Shown: positions 9,730 to 19,587, counted from the stretch's first letter. The stretch: DNA of 64,000 nucleotides from Nitrospirota bacterium (GCA_963790025.1 CAWBMP010000002.1:224001-288000), one strand, 5' to 3'. Made by a program: numbers and translations. The notes: generated from the sequence alone by a model not told the origin.

Positions 9730-10617
9730 TTGCTGACCGTTTTTTTGCAGTTTCTTTTTTCAGGCCTCACCGTCGGGGCAGTTTACGCCCTGGTCGGCAC
9801 GGGGTTTAATATCATTTACAATGCCACCTCTATCATCAACCTGGCCCAGGGAGAATTTGTCGTAATAGGCGGCCTGATGATGTGGTTCTTCACGGAATCT
9901 GTAAAACTGCCTTTCTTAGTCTCAATTCTTCTCACCATCCTCACGGCTGGACTTGTAGGGCTTCTGATGGAGAGGCTGACAATAAGGCCCCTGAAAAAAA
10001 CAGACCTCCTTCTCATGATAATGATCACTATCTCCGTCTCAATTGTTTTGCGGGGAATCCTCATGTTCAAGTTCGGGAAGGACACCTATTCTTACGATCC
10101 ATTTACAGAGGGTGAGCCGATCAGCATATGCGGCGCAATCATCCAGCAGCAGACGTTGTGGGTCATCAGCGTGACGGCTTTATGCATAGTCCTGCTGTTC
10201 CTCTTCTTCAGCAAAACGTTAATTGGCAAAGCGATGAAGGCGTGCTCGGTGGACCCCACTGCAGCGAGGCTGGTCGGAATAAATGTATCTCAGATGGTAA
10301 TGCTTTCGTTCATTTTCAGCGCCATGGTGGGCGCCATAGGCGGAATAGCAATAACTCCCATTTCGTTGATGCAATACGACAACGGGCCCATGCTCGCCGT
10401 AAAGGGCTTCTGCGCCGCAATAATGGGAGGACTGGGAAGAGGCAGGGGTGCGGTCCTCGGCGGATTTCTGATCGGCATCCTGGAATCCATGACAGCCGGA
10501 TATCTGAATTCCGGGTTGAAAGACGCAGTCGCGCTCATAATACTCCTGCTGGTACTTTTCTTCAGGCCTTCCGGTATTTTAGGGAGCAGTGCCGCGGCCC
10601 GGCTGAGAAAGTTTTGA
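9730..10617 (+). CDS. livH: Liv-type ABC permease (LivH-like)
   Basis: SGLTVGAVYALVGTGFNIIY...IINLAQGEF, GKAMKA...AARLVGIN, LFFRPSGILG. Confidence 0.88.
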   Translation: MLTVFLQFLFSGLTVGAVYALVGTGFNIIYNATSIINLAQGEFVVIGGLMMWFFTESVKLPFLVSILLTILTAGLVGLLMERLTIRPLKKTDLLLMIMITISVSIVLRGILMFKFGKDTYSYDPFTEGEPISICGAIIQQQTLWVISVTALCIVLLFLFFSKTLIGKAMKACSVDPTAARLVGINVSQMVMLSFIFSAMVGAIGGIAITPISLMQYDNGPMLAVKGFCAAIMGGLGRGRGAVLGGFLIGILESMTAGYLNSGLKDAVALIILLLVLFFRPSGILGSSAAARLRKF

Positions 10618-10619
10618 CC

Positions 10620-11570
10620 ATGGACAGATCGAACTCATTGGCGATGCTGATTTTCGTGCTTCTTATTGTCTCTCTGCCCTTCCTGGCAGGAAGCAGCTAT
10701 ACATTAACGGTCGGTATTTTTTCGGGAATCAACGCGCTCGTTGCAATCGGACTCTGTATCCTGATGGGATTTGCCGGCCAGATATCTCTTGGACAGGCAG
10801 GCTTCTACGGCATAGGGGCTTATGTATCATCCATCTTAAGCGCACATTACGGCTTGCCGGTCATAACGAGTCTTGCTCTCGGAATGTTGGCTGCTGCGCT
10901 GGCTGCGGTCGTTCTGGCTGTCCCATCTTTAAGGTTGCAGGGCCATTATCTTGCAGTTGCGACACTCGGATTCGGTGAGATAGTTCAAATTGCCCTGAAC
11001 GAATGGGGACCGGGCGGTCCCTCCGGATTCGGTGACATACCCCAGTTCGGCATTTTCGGACACACCCTCAAAACAACAGCAGGTTATTTCTATCTCATCT
11101 GGTTGATCGTCGCTGCGATTTTGACCTTTTCTTTGAACCTTATGAACTCGAGAAGCGGCAGGGCCTTGAAGGCGATCCACGGCAGCGAGCTTGCAAGTAA
11201 CGCGATGGGACTGGACGTAGTTACGCTTAAGATCAAGGTGTTTGTACTCAGTGCAGTCTATGCTGCGCTTGCAGGCGGCCTTTACGCGCATTACATTACA
11301 TTTATAAGCCCCGGCAGCTTTTCATTTTTCTATTCAATTCTGGTGTTGATGATGGTCGTTGTTGGCGGGATTACAAATCTGTGGGGCGGTATAATCGGCG
11401 CCATAGCTATAACGATACTGCCGGAGCTTTTAAGACAATTCGAAGAATTCGATGTGCTTGCATATGGCCTGATACTGACACTCTCGCTGCTGTTCTTAAG
11501 AAAGGGCATCGTCCCGCTTCTAATTGATAAATTCAAAAAATTTAGGGGAGTTACAGTTGCTCGAAGTTAA
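10620..11570 (+). CDS. livM: Liv-type ABC permease (LivM-like)
   Basis: From ATG 10620 (MDRSNS): GFAGQISLGQAGFYGIGAY, LRLQGHYLAVATLGFGEIV, MVVVGG. Confidence 0.88.
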   Translation: MDRSNSLAMLIFVLLIVSLPFLAGSSYTLTVGIFSGINALVAIGLCILMGFAGQISLGQAGFYGIGAYVSSILSAHYGLPVITSLALGMLAAALAAVVLAVPSLRLQGHYLAVATLGFGEIVQIALNEWGPGGPSGFGDIPQFGIFGHTLKTTAGYFYLIWLIVAAILTFSLNLMNSRSGRALKAIHGSELASNAMGLDVVTLKIKVFVLSAVYAALAGGLYAHYITFISPGSFSFFYSILVLMMVVVGGITNLWGGIIGAIAITILPELLRQFEEFDVLAYGLILTLSLLFLRKGIVPLLIDKFKKFRGVTVARS

Positions 11571-12307
11571 AAAGATGACAAAGTATTTCGGAGGGCTGAG
11601 GGCCCTGAATAACGTGAGTTTAAGTGCCACGGAAAACTCTATCAGCGCTCTTATCGGCCCGAATGGCGCAGGGAAAACGACCCTCTTGAATATCATCACC
11701 GGCATGTATGCTGCGGACAAGGGAGAGGTTTTTTTCTCGGGCATCGACATAAGCAGTCTGTCTACTCTCACGAGATCAAGGCAGGGCATCTCGCGGACTT
11801 TTCAGCATCTGGAATTGTTCGGAGAGATGACAGCACTGGAAAACATCATGGTCGGCAGATATTCAAAGACAAAAGCGGGTTTCATCTCTTCAGGACTAAG
11901 GCTGCCTTTTGTTATAAGGGAAGAGAAGGAGGCAAGACGCAGGAGCGAAGAGATCCTTGAATATGTCAATCTGGGCCACAGGATAAACGACATTGCATCA
12001 AATCTTCCTGCAGGAGAGCAAAGGACACTCGAAATCGGGAGGGCACTTGCAACGGAGCCAAGGCTTCTTCTGCTCGATGAGCCCGCTGCTGGATTGAACA
12101 TCAAAGAGACCCGCAGTCTTGGCGAGATGCTAAAAAAGATGCGCTATGAAATGGACATAACTATTGTCCTTGTCGAACATGACATGGACCTTGTAATGCA
12201 TATAAGCGACAGGATAACCGTTCTGAATTTCGGGGAGGCAATAGCAGAAGGCACTCCACCGGAAATCCAGAAAAACAAAGCAGTAATAGAAGCATATCTC
12301 GGGGTCG

Positions 12308-12318
<11 letters not shown>
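11557..12318 (+). CDS. livG: Liv-type ABC ATP-binding protein (LivG-like)
   Basis: Walker A GPNGAGKTT, RTFQ, LLLLDEPAAGLN, VEHDM. TTG start with a GGGGAG RBS. Confidence 0.88.
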
Positions 12319-13120
<802 letters not shown>

Positions 13121-13160
13121 AGGGTAGAGTCCTGCTTCAAACAATTACAAGGAGGGTGCT

Positions 13161-14459
13161 ATGTACTGGGAAGCCGTGAAGGAGTGCATGTCGAGGGAGG
13201 AACTCGAACAGTTGCAGCTTGAGCGTTTGCAGTCAACGCTTTTCAGGGTATATATGAACGTACCTTTTTATAAAAAGAAATTTGATGAACTTTCAATAGA
13301 TCCCGACGGTATCCGTTCTCTGGAAGACCTTCAAAGACTTCCCTTCACCACCAAGGATGATCTGAGAGAGAGCTATCCCTATGGCATGTTTGCTGTGCCT
13401 TTAAGGGAAGTTGTCAGGGTGCAGGCTTCATCGGGGACAACGGGAACGCCAACAGTAGTCGGCTATACGAGCAACGATATAAAAAACTGGTCCAATCTCG
13501 CAGCCAGGATACTCACCGCCGGGGGAGTTACGCAGAATGACATCGTCCAGATTGCCTTCGACTACGGCCTTTTTACCGGAGCGTTGGGCCTTCACTATGG
13601 TGCGGAAAGGTTGGGGGCATCGGTCATACCGATATCAAGCGGCAATACCAAGCGGCAGGTCAAAATAATGGAGGATTTCAAGACAACGGCACTCATGTGT
13701 ACACCCGGCTATGCCCTTGCCATTGCGGATACGATAATCGAAATGGGAATAAACGTGAACTCTTTTTCACTGAGATACGGTCTTTTCGGCGCTGAACCAT
13801 GGTCTGAAGGGCTTCGCCGTGAACTTCAGGAAAAGCTCAAAATAATTGCAACCGACAATTACGGACTTAGCGAAGTCATGGGCCCGGGTGTTGCCGGTGA
13901 ATGCCTCGAGCGCAACGGCCTTCACATCAACGAAGACCATTTCCTGGTGGAAGTGGTCGACCCCGAGACGCTTACTCCCCTTCCTCCCGGTAAAACGGGG
14001 GAGTTGGTCATCACTTCGCTCACTAAAGAGGCCTTCCCGGTGATCCGGTACAGGACAAGAGACCTCACAAGCCTTATAGCAGGGCCCTGCCCTTGCGGCA
14101 GGACATTAGTCAGAATGGGCAAGGTGATGGGCAGGACAGACGACATGATAAAAATAAAGGGAATCAATGTATTTCCCTCCCAGATTGAGTCTGTGCTTTT
14201 CGAGATCGAAGGCGCTGAGCCGCACTATCAGATCACAGTGGACCGCAAAGGTCCTGTTGATGAACTGACCGTGTCCTTCGAAGTATCGGAATCCATCTTT
14301 TCCGACCAGATGGAAAACCTGGGGGAATTCATTGGGACTGTGAAAGCGAGGCTGGCAACAGAACTCGGCATCCCTGTGGAGGTTATGCCGGTGGAAAAAA
14401 ATACTATTGACAGGTCAGAGGGTAAGGCCCGGCGCGTAATAGACAAGCGAAGAATTTAA
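13161..14459 (+). CDS. paaK: Phenylacetate-CoA ligase family protein (paralogue 3)
   Basis: ASSGTTGTP, YGLSEVMGPG, RYRTRD, GRTDDMIKIKGINVFP, SEGKARRVID. Confidence 0.9.
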   Translation: MYWEAVKECMSREELEQLQLERLQSTLFRVYMNVPFYKKKFDELSIDPDGIRSLEDLQRLPFTTKDDLRESYPYGMFAVPLREVVRVQASSGTTGTPTVVGYTSNDIKNWSNLAARILTAGGVTQNDIVQIAFDYGLFTGALGLHYGAERLGASVIPISSGNTKRQVKIMEDFKTTALMCTPGYALAIADTIIEMGINVNSFSLRYGLFGAEPWSEGLRRELQEKLKIIATDNYGLSEVMGPGVAGECLERNGLHINEDHFLVEVVDPETLTPLPPGKTGELVITSLTKEAFPVIRYRTRDLTSLIAGPCPCGRTLVRMGKVMGRTDDMIKIKGINVFPSQIESVLFEIEGAEPHYQITVDRKGPVDELTVSFEVSESIFSDQMENLGEFIGTVKARLATELGIPVEVMPVEKNTIDRSEGKARRVIDKRRI

Positions 14460-14566
14460 TAAAATAATGAGACCAAAATGTAGGGTTTTATGTTATACTT
14501 GGGCAATTTTTAGCTTATAAAAACCTTGGTATGAGGTCGAAAAGGCAAAAGGGAGGATGGATTGCG

Positions 14567-16033
14567 ATGAAAAAGTTTTATGTAGTGCTGCTGCTGTCCC
14601 TTGCGACAGCAATTATTTTTGCATCATCCGTTTGTGCAGAAGATTTCAAGTTCGATTATGGGGCAGCGGAAAGAGTCAGGGAGGAAATCTGGAACAATAT
14701 TATTGATCTGCATACCCTCGCGCGCGGCGATGCAGGCAACACGAGCAGGGAAAGAGATTTCTTTCGTTTCAGGACATCTCTGTGGGGCAGTGTTTATTAT
14801 GTAGATAATAAAGAAGACAGGGCTGGCTTATTCGTAAGACTGACCAATGAAGCAAAGGAATATGTGGGTCAAGGCAAATATGGCCTGGCTCAAAACGTCT
14901 CTCAGACCTCGGGTGCAGTAATTCCGGGTACACATTTCGAATCTTTTGAAGAGGACGAAATCTTTTTCGACAACCTTTATGCAGATTACAAGAAAGTCTT
15001 CGGGGGTCCAGTCGATATCAGGATCGGAAGACAGGAACTGACTTATGGCGAAGGTTTTCTGATAAGCGAAGGAACTCCGGGTGACGGATCCAGAAGTTTC
15101 TATTTTAACGCTGCCAAAGCAACCGTCAATATAACACCAAACAACAGTGTCGACCTGGTTTTTATAGCCGATCCAAAGACGGACATATTTTTGCCTTCAG
15201 AACACTCATCATTGGTGGCCAACCCGGGTTCACTTTATTTCCATAACAAAAGAGTTTTGAACACCTCGAATGAAACGGGTGCGGTGGTGTACAGCAAAAA
15301 TAAAATCGGTAATTTCAACGTGGAGCCTTATTATATTTATAAGTCTGAGGCAGGGTTCACTGCAGTGAACGGGGTCACTACTCCCAGACTCGGACTTAAC
15401 ACGCTCGGCACCAGGCTTTTGTATGATAACAACGTCTGGAAAGCCGGTGCGGAGTATGCCCATGAGTCTGGTGAATATGCTCACGGCGGAATCTATCCGA
15501 ATGGTCAAGCCCGAAGGGGAAACGGCGGTTATGTTTTTGGAGGATATAATTTTAATAATATTCCTCTAAAACCATATGCGGAATTGCGCTATGTTTATCT
15601 GTCAGGTGATGATCAAAGTACAGCTGCCGACGAATCATGGGACCCCCTGTTTTCCAGAGCTCCATACTGGAATGAACTTTTTATATATACATTGATAAAT
15701 GAAACGGTTAAATACAGCAACACTATTCCGGGTTACTGGACCAACCTGAATATTTACAAGGCAACCGTCAAACTGAACTTCTGTGACAACGCCAATTTGA
15801 CCCTCGCATGGGAATACCTGACGGCTCCTCAGACAACTTCCGGCCTTAATTCGGCAATGTTCACTAACAACGGGCACGACATCGGGAACCTGCCTACCAC
15901 GCTCCTTTATTATAAATTCAATAAGAATATAGACGGTTTCGTCCAGTGGGAATACCTTTTGCCGGGAAACTTTTATCAATCAACTGCAAAAAATGCGTCT
16001 TTCTTCAGATGGCAGCTCATGTTTAAGATCTAA
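14567..16033 (+). CDS. Outer-membrane beta-barrel, alginate-export (AlgE-like) family
   Basis: Signal peptide; RVREE, DNLY.D, IRIGRQELTYGEGFLI and YLSGDD...WDPLF motifs; aromatic-rich C-terminal strand. GGAGG RBS before ATG 14567. Confidence 0.7.
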   Translation: MKKFYVVLLLSLATAIIFASSVCAEDFKFDYGAAERVREEIWNNIIDLHTLARGDAGNTSRERDFFRFRTSLWGSVYYVDNKEDRAGLFVRLTNEAKEYVGQGKYGLAQNVSQTSGAVIPGTHFESFEEDEIFFDNLYADYKKVFGGPVDIRIGRQELTYGEGFLISEGTPGDGSRSFYFNAAKATVNITPNNSVDLVFIADPKTDIFLPSEHSSLVANPGSLYFHNKRVLNTSNETGAVVYSKNKIGNFNVEPYYIYKSEAGFTAVNGVTTPRLGLNTLGTRLLYDNNVWKAGAEYAHESGEYAHGGIYPNGQARRGNGGYVFGGYNFNNIPLKPYAELRYVYLSGDDQSTAADESWDPLFSRAPYWNELFIYTLINETVKYSNTIPGYWTNLNIYKATVKLNFCDNANLTLAWEYLTAPQTTSGLNSAMFTNNGHDIGNLPTTLLYYKFNKNIDGFVQWEYLLPGNFYQSTAKNASFFRWQLMFKI

Positions 16034-16059
16034 CTGCAGTATCCAATAACTGTTTTTGT

Positions 16060-16090
16060 AGAGCAACCCCTTGCGGGGTTGCTCTTTTTT
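16060..16090 (+). terminator. Intrinsic terminator
   Basis: Stem-loop AGAGCAACCCC-TTGC-GGGGTTGCTCT followed by a T-run, right after the porin gene. Confidence 0.85.
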
Positions 16091-16277
16091 ATTGCATGTC
16101 ACTCATCAGCGTGCCTGCCTTGGCAATATTAGTTTTCGGCAGTTCCCGAAGGATGATCGTAACGGCTTCCGGAGGGCATTTCGCCGTCTCACAAATGGCC
16201 TGGGTCACTTTTTTCGCCAGTTCCCTCTTTTGTTCAACAGAACGACCCTCTAAAAAATCAATCTGGACTATAGGCAT
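16089..16277 (-). CDS. 4-oxalocrotonate tautomerase family protein
   Basis: 62 aa, catalytic Pro immediately after Met (MPIVQI), EGRSVEQKREL; GGAGGAG RBS. Confidence 0.9.
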   Translation of the reverse strand: MPIVQIDFLEGRSVEQKRELAKKVTQAICETAKCPPEAVTIILRELPKTNIAKAGTLMSDMQ

Positions 16278-16373
16278 ATTCTCTCCTCCCGATATTTTAT
16301 CTGTAAATATAAATGAGCACCTTCATTTATAACCGTCAGATAACTCCCATTTCCTTTTCATCTTACCATATTT

Positions 16374-16472
16374 TCACTGCCCTTCGTCCTCCGGAGCTGC
16401 AGGAGGCACCACTTTCTGCCAACCGCCGGGACACTGTCTTATATAAGGATAGTTGCCTTCAGGCTTAGTGCA
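16374..16472 (-). pseudogene. C-terminal remnant of a small Pro/Tyr-rich protein
   Basis: Translates CTKPEGNYPYIRQCPGGWQKVVPPAAPEDEGQ*, resembling the C-x-x-P-x-G-Y-Y-P-Y-x-x-x-C-P-G-G-W motif I recall from uncharacterised exported proteins. No plausible N-terminal part is present. Confidence 0.4.
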
Positions 16473-16611
16473 GATTTGCCTAATGACTGAGCCGGCGATA
16501 TAATTCTTATGTGACCACAGGTGCACCCTTGTTGGTTGATGAAAGAGTGGCAAAGAGTGCTTATGTATTCTTTGCTTTGATAAAAACTCATTACCGAGAA
16601 AGGAGTTATTC

Positions 16612-17343
16612 ATGGACGATTTGACAGGTAAAGTGGCTCTTGTAACAGGGGCGAGCCGTGGTATCGGACGGGCTATCGCTTTAGCTCTTGCCGCTGCCGG
16701 TGCAAATATTGCGGTTAACTACCGGAGTCGTGACAACGAAGCGACAGAGGTAATTTCACGGATCAGGAGGTCCGGTCGTCTTGCCGTGGCACTCAAAGCA
16801 GATGTGTCAGTTTCGACTGACGTCGACCGAATGGTCGCTATAACACAAAAAGAACTGGGCACACCATCCATCCTTGTGAACAATGCCGGAATAGGCACGA
16901 CGCATTCTATCGACGATATAACTGAACAAGACTGGAACTACACAATGGCTGTGAATCTCACGTCGGCATTTCTCGTGATTCAGGCCGTACTTCCGGGCAT
17001 GCGTGCCCTTAAGTGGGGACGTATAATCAGCCTTTCCTCGGTCGCAGCACAGATCGGCGGAGTTGTGGGTCCTCATTACGCTGCATCAAAAGCCGGCATT
17101 CTGGGATTGACTCATTATTACGCTACTCACCTTGCCAAGGAAGGTATTACAGTCAATTCTATCGCTCCCGGACCTGTCAGCACTGAAATGGCGGCCGGCA
17201 TTCGGCTACTGAAACCCGATCTGGTGCCGGTTGGTCGTTTTGGCACTGTAGAGGAGATATCCGACGTAGCTCTCATGCTTGTTCGCAACGGCTATATTAC
17301 AGGTCAGACGATTGGTGTCAACGGGGGCAGATATCTGAGCTGA
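16612..17343 (+). CDS. Short-chain dehydrogenase/reductase (FabG-like)
   Basis: TGASRGIG, VNNAG, catalytic YAASK, ITGQTIGVNGG. Confidence 0.92.
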   Translation: MDDLTGKVALVTGASRGIGRAIALALAAAGANIAVNYRSRDNEATEVISRIRRSGRLAVALKADVSVSTDVDRMVAITQKELGTPSILVNNAGIGTTHSIDDITEQDWNYTMAVNLTSAFLVIQAVLPGMRALKWGRIISLSSVAAQIGGVVGPHYAASKAGILGLTHYYATHLAKEGITVNSIAPGPVSTEMAAGIRLLKPDLVPVGRFGTVEEISDVALMLVRNGYITGQTIGVNGGRYLS

Positions 17344-17372
17344 TTGTATCGCACTGAACCAAGGCCCATCTT

Positions 17373-17618
17373 TCAAGCGCTTCCACTTTTCCGCGCTGCC
17401 TTATGACATTTAAAGCATTCGAATTTGGGAGGATGGGTCCTTTTAAGTGCGTTTTTTTTGCCGGGACCATGACATTCCATGCACGCTGTGCTGTTGCTGA
17501 CCTCAAGAGCCTTGTGAACGTTGTCGCCGGGGACTTGTGGATAACGTTTTCCCGAAATAGAGTATAAGACTGATACGATAATGAGCACGAAAATTATAAA
17601 CATGATTGTGCTTTTCAT
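17373..17618 (-). CDS. Small membrane-anchored dihaem cytochrome c
   Basis: N-terminal hydrophobic segment, two CxxCH motifs (CMECH, CFKCH) and two further His residues as candidate distal ligands. Confidence 0.8.
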   Translation of the reverse strand: MKSTIMFIIFVLIIVSVLYSISGKRYPQVPGDNVHKALEVSNSTACMECHGPGKKNALKRTHPPKFECFKCHKAARKSGSA

Positions 17619-17747
17619 ATGAGAATTGTACCATACTTTTTTAAAACAGCTGAGAGCTAATTTCGTATAGGTAAGTTATTATGTCTATCAATTAATACTT
17701 TTTCCCCGAAATTAAGAAGAATCTCTAATCTGTCGCGAACTCGAATC

Positions 17748-17775
17748 TTGACAACGTACCGGATAATGATAACAT
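17748..17775 (+). promoter_or_regulatory. Putative sigma70 promoter of the selenopeptide gene
   Basis: TTGACA (17748-53), 16-nt spacer, TG-n-TAACAT extended -10 (17770-75). Confidence 0.45.
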
Positions 17776-17857
17776 TTGAGTATATGCATGATTTCTTGGT
17801 TGGAAGTTTCTTCGACGTAACAGAAAGAGTTGCGGCACATAGGGAAGGAGGTTTATT

Positions 17858-18058
17858 ATGGATTCAGCGGATTTGAAAAGGATTCTTGCGGGTTTCAGCA
17901 TCGCTGTCCTGCTCAGTTCTGCTATTGCTCTTTCAGGTTGTTCATCGAGTTGATCCGGGTCCAAAAAAGAGGGTGCCGGGAGCACCCAGAAGGAGCAGTC
18001 TGAACAAAAGCCAGGAGAAAAACCAGGTCAGAGCGGCTGAAGCGGTTCAAAGAAATAG
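17858..18058 (+). CDS. Putative two-selenocysteine lipopeptide / selenobiotic-type RiPP precursor (66 aa with UGA recoding)
   Basis: AAGGAGG RBS, then MDSADLKRILAGFSIAVLLSSAIALSGCSSS-U-SGSKKEGAGSTQKEQSEQKPGEKPGQSG-U-SGSKK*. TGA codons at 17951 and 18038 are each followed by a SECIS-like hairpin; the terminal stop is TAG 18056. Confidence 0.82.
17971..17987 (+). promoter_or_regulatory. SECIS-like hairpin 1
   Basis: GGGTGC-CGGGA-GCACCC starting 17 nt after TGA 17951-53, with G at the second loop position. Confidence 0.65.
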
Positions 18059-18072
18059 TGCCGTAGGCACTA
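18056..18072 (+). promoter_or_regulatory. SECIS-like hairpin 2
   Basis: TAGTGC-CGTAG-GCACTA starting 15 nt after TGA 18038-40; it shares the GTGCCG-nnn-GCAC core with hairpin 1. Confidence 0.65.
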
Positions 18073-18116
18073 CGGAAAATGTGGTACCAAGCATGTTCAT
18101 TGTTAAGAGAGGCCGG

Positions 18117-18884
18117 CTAAAGAGATTGGATGACCCGGGGGCTGAACAGTGAATCTGATAAATCAGGATTCAGAGAATAGCTACTGATGACTGTCCGGGC
18201 TATTTCCAAACCTTGGGCATAATTGGTAATCCGGAAGGGAAAGAGAGAGCCGCCGACTTTTTTAAAGTCCGCGAATTCGGAAGAGAGGTATGCCTTTTTA
18301 TTTCCTGCGCTAAAAAACCCGGTAACTTTTATGATTACAGCATTGCGATCACTGATATAAAGATCCATGACCGTACCCTCCTTGTCATGCAGTTCTAAAA
18401 CCTCAACAGCGGTATCATTTACCATAGATTTTCCTGCAGACTGTATCTGGTAAGCCCCTTCTATGAGACCATGGAGTATGTCCAGGTGCTTATATTGATA
18501 TACTATCGAAAAGTATCGCGGGCCATCCACTTCTTCCATGGGAAGCGAGTCTGTGCCCCTGTATGCCTTGTCCCCAACCAGGATCCTGAATTCAGATGAC
18601 CGTTCGTATTTTGTTTCTACGCGGAGTTTTCTTTCTCTTTTAAAGTAAAGCTCATATGTCCCGCTGTCGTGGAGCATAAGTGCTTCGATCTCCCCCTTTA
18701 CATGGAGGGAATGTATTCCTTCGATAACCGCTTTCCCGCCATAGGCAGCGATTACTTTATTGATGACGGCGCCTATCCTTTGGGCCTCATCGGGCGCTTC
18801 TGCCGAACAAACTCCTTCCGGTCCCGTGATGAAAAAGATGTAAATAAAAAAAACCAGGAAAATACGTATCGGCAAATGTCTCAT
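18117..18884 (-). CDS. Exported hypothetical protein, possibly LolA-like / outer-membrane lipoprotein-sorting fold
   Basis: Signal peptide; KVIAAYGG near the N-terminus, ADFKKVGGSLFPFRI and LNPDLSDSLF at the C-terminus, a pattern typical of LolA-like beta-rich proteins. Confidence 0.55.
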   Translation of the reverse strand: MRHLPIRIFLVFFIYIFFITGPEGVCSAEAPDEAQRIGAVINKVIAAYGGKAVIEGIHSLHVKGEIEALMLHDSGTYELYFKRERKLRVETKYERSSEFRILVGDKAYRGTDSLPMEEVDGPRYFSIVYQYKHLDILHGLIEGAYQIQSAGKSMVNDTAVEVLELHDKEGTVMDLYISDRNAVIIKVTGFFSAGNKKAYLSSEFADFKKVGGSLFPFRITNYAQGLEIARTVISSYSLNPDLSDSLFSPRVIQSL

Positions 18885-19004
18885 TTATGAATACCGCTCA
18901 TATGTAATAATAATGCTTTGCAAAGGTGAATTGCAATAACAGCAGCTTGCACTTGCAATTTCTGAGGAATCAATGAATAATATTGCTTTGATCTTGGCTT
19001 TTTC

Positions 19005-19436
19005 GTGGCACAACAGGAGGTTTGCGTGGGCAGGATAAAAAACATCATCCAGGGCGACAGGCTTTTTCACCTCTTCGGTATGGAATTGGTGGAGGCCTCT
19101 GAGGGCCACGCCGTTGTACGGGCGGAGGTGAAGGAAGACTTTCTCAACGCCCACGGGATCGCCCACGGTGGGCTGATATTCGGACTCCTGGACGTCGTAT
19201 TCGCATTGGCTGTAAACTCCATAGTCGATGCCGTCGGCGTGCAGTGGAGCTTTAACGTGTTCCGCTCCACAACAAAGGGAGATTTTGTGAGGGCCGAGGC
19301 CAACACTGTACATAAGGGCAAAAGCCTGCTTGTGGTCGAATTCAAGGCCGACAGTGAAACATCCGGAAAGCTTATAGCCCAGGGAATGGCGACCGCGCTG
19401 CCGCTGCCACACAGAGAAAAAAAGGATAAAGTATGA
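19005..19436 (+). CDS. paaI: PaaI family (hot-dog fold) acyl-CoA thioesterase
   Basis: FLNAHGIAHGGLIFGLLD motif; located in an aryl-CoA ligase cluster. Confidence 0.82.
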   Translation: MAQQEVCVGRIKNIIQGDRLFHLFGMELVEASEGHAVVRAEVKEDFLNAHGIAHGGLIFGLLDVVFALAVNSIVDAVGVQWSFNVFRSTTKGDFVRAEANTVHKGKSLLVVEFKADSETSGKLIAQGMATALPLPHREKKDKV

Positions 19437-19587
19437 AACCACAGAGTGCACGGAGAAATCCTCTGTGTTCTCTAAAAGAATTTCTGAGGAATAAAAAAAC
19501 TAATAGTTTGAGAGGACACAGAGTGGAGAGAATCAAGTTTTTTCAAACTTTTTTATATCAAAGGGTTACTCTGCGTTCTCTGTGGTT
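19437..19587. repeat. Nested imperfect inverted repeats between paaI and aroF
   Basis: Outer pair AACCACAGAG (19437) ... CTCTGTGGTT (19587); inner pair CTCTGTGTTCTCT (19461) ... AGAGGACACAGAG (19523). Confidence 0.65.

Noticed and set aside
10128..10619. N-terminal extension of the livM ORF
   Set aside because: Overlaps livH in another frame; the real start is ATG 10620.
16440..16500. Possible riboswitch upstream of the SDR gene
   Set aside because: No convincing aptamer consensus; the region is better explained as a minus-strand coding remnant.
17725..18152. ORF-track calls 17725..17985 (-) and 17886..18152 (+)
   Set aside because: No RBS or motif; they are alternative frames over the selenopeptide gene, which has an RBS, a lipobox and repeated motifs.
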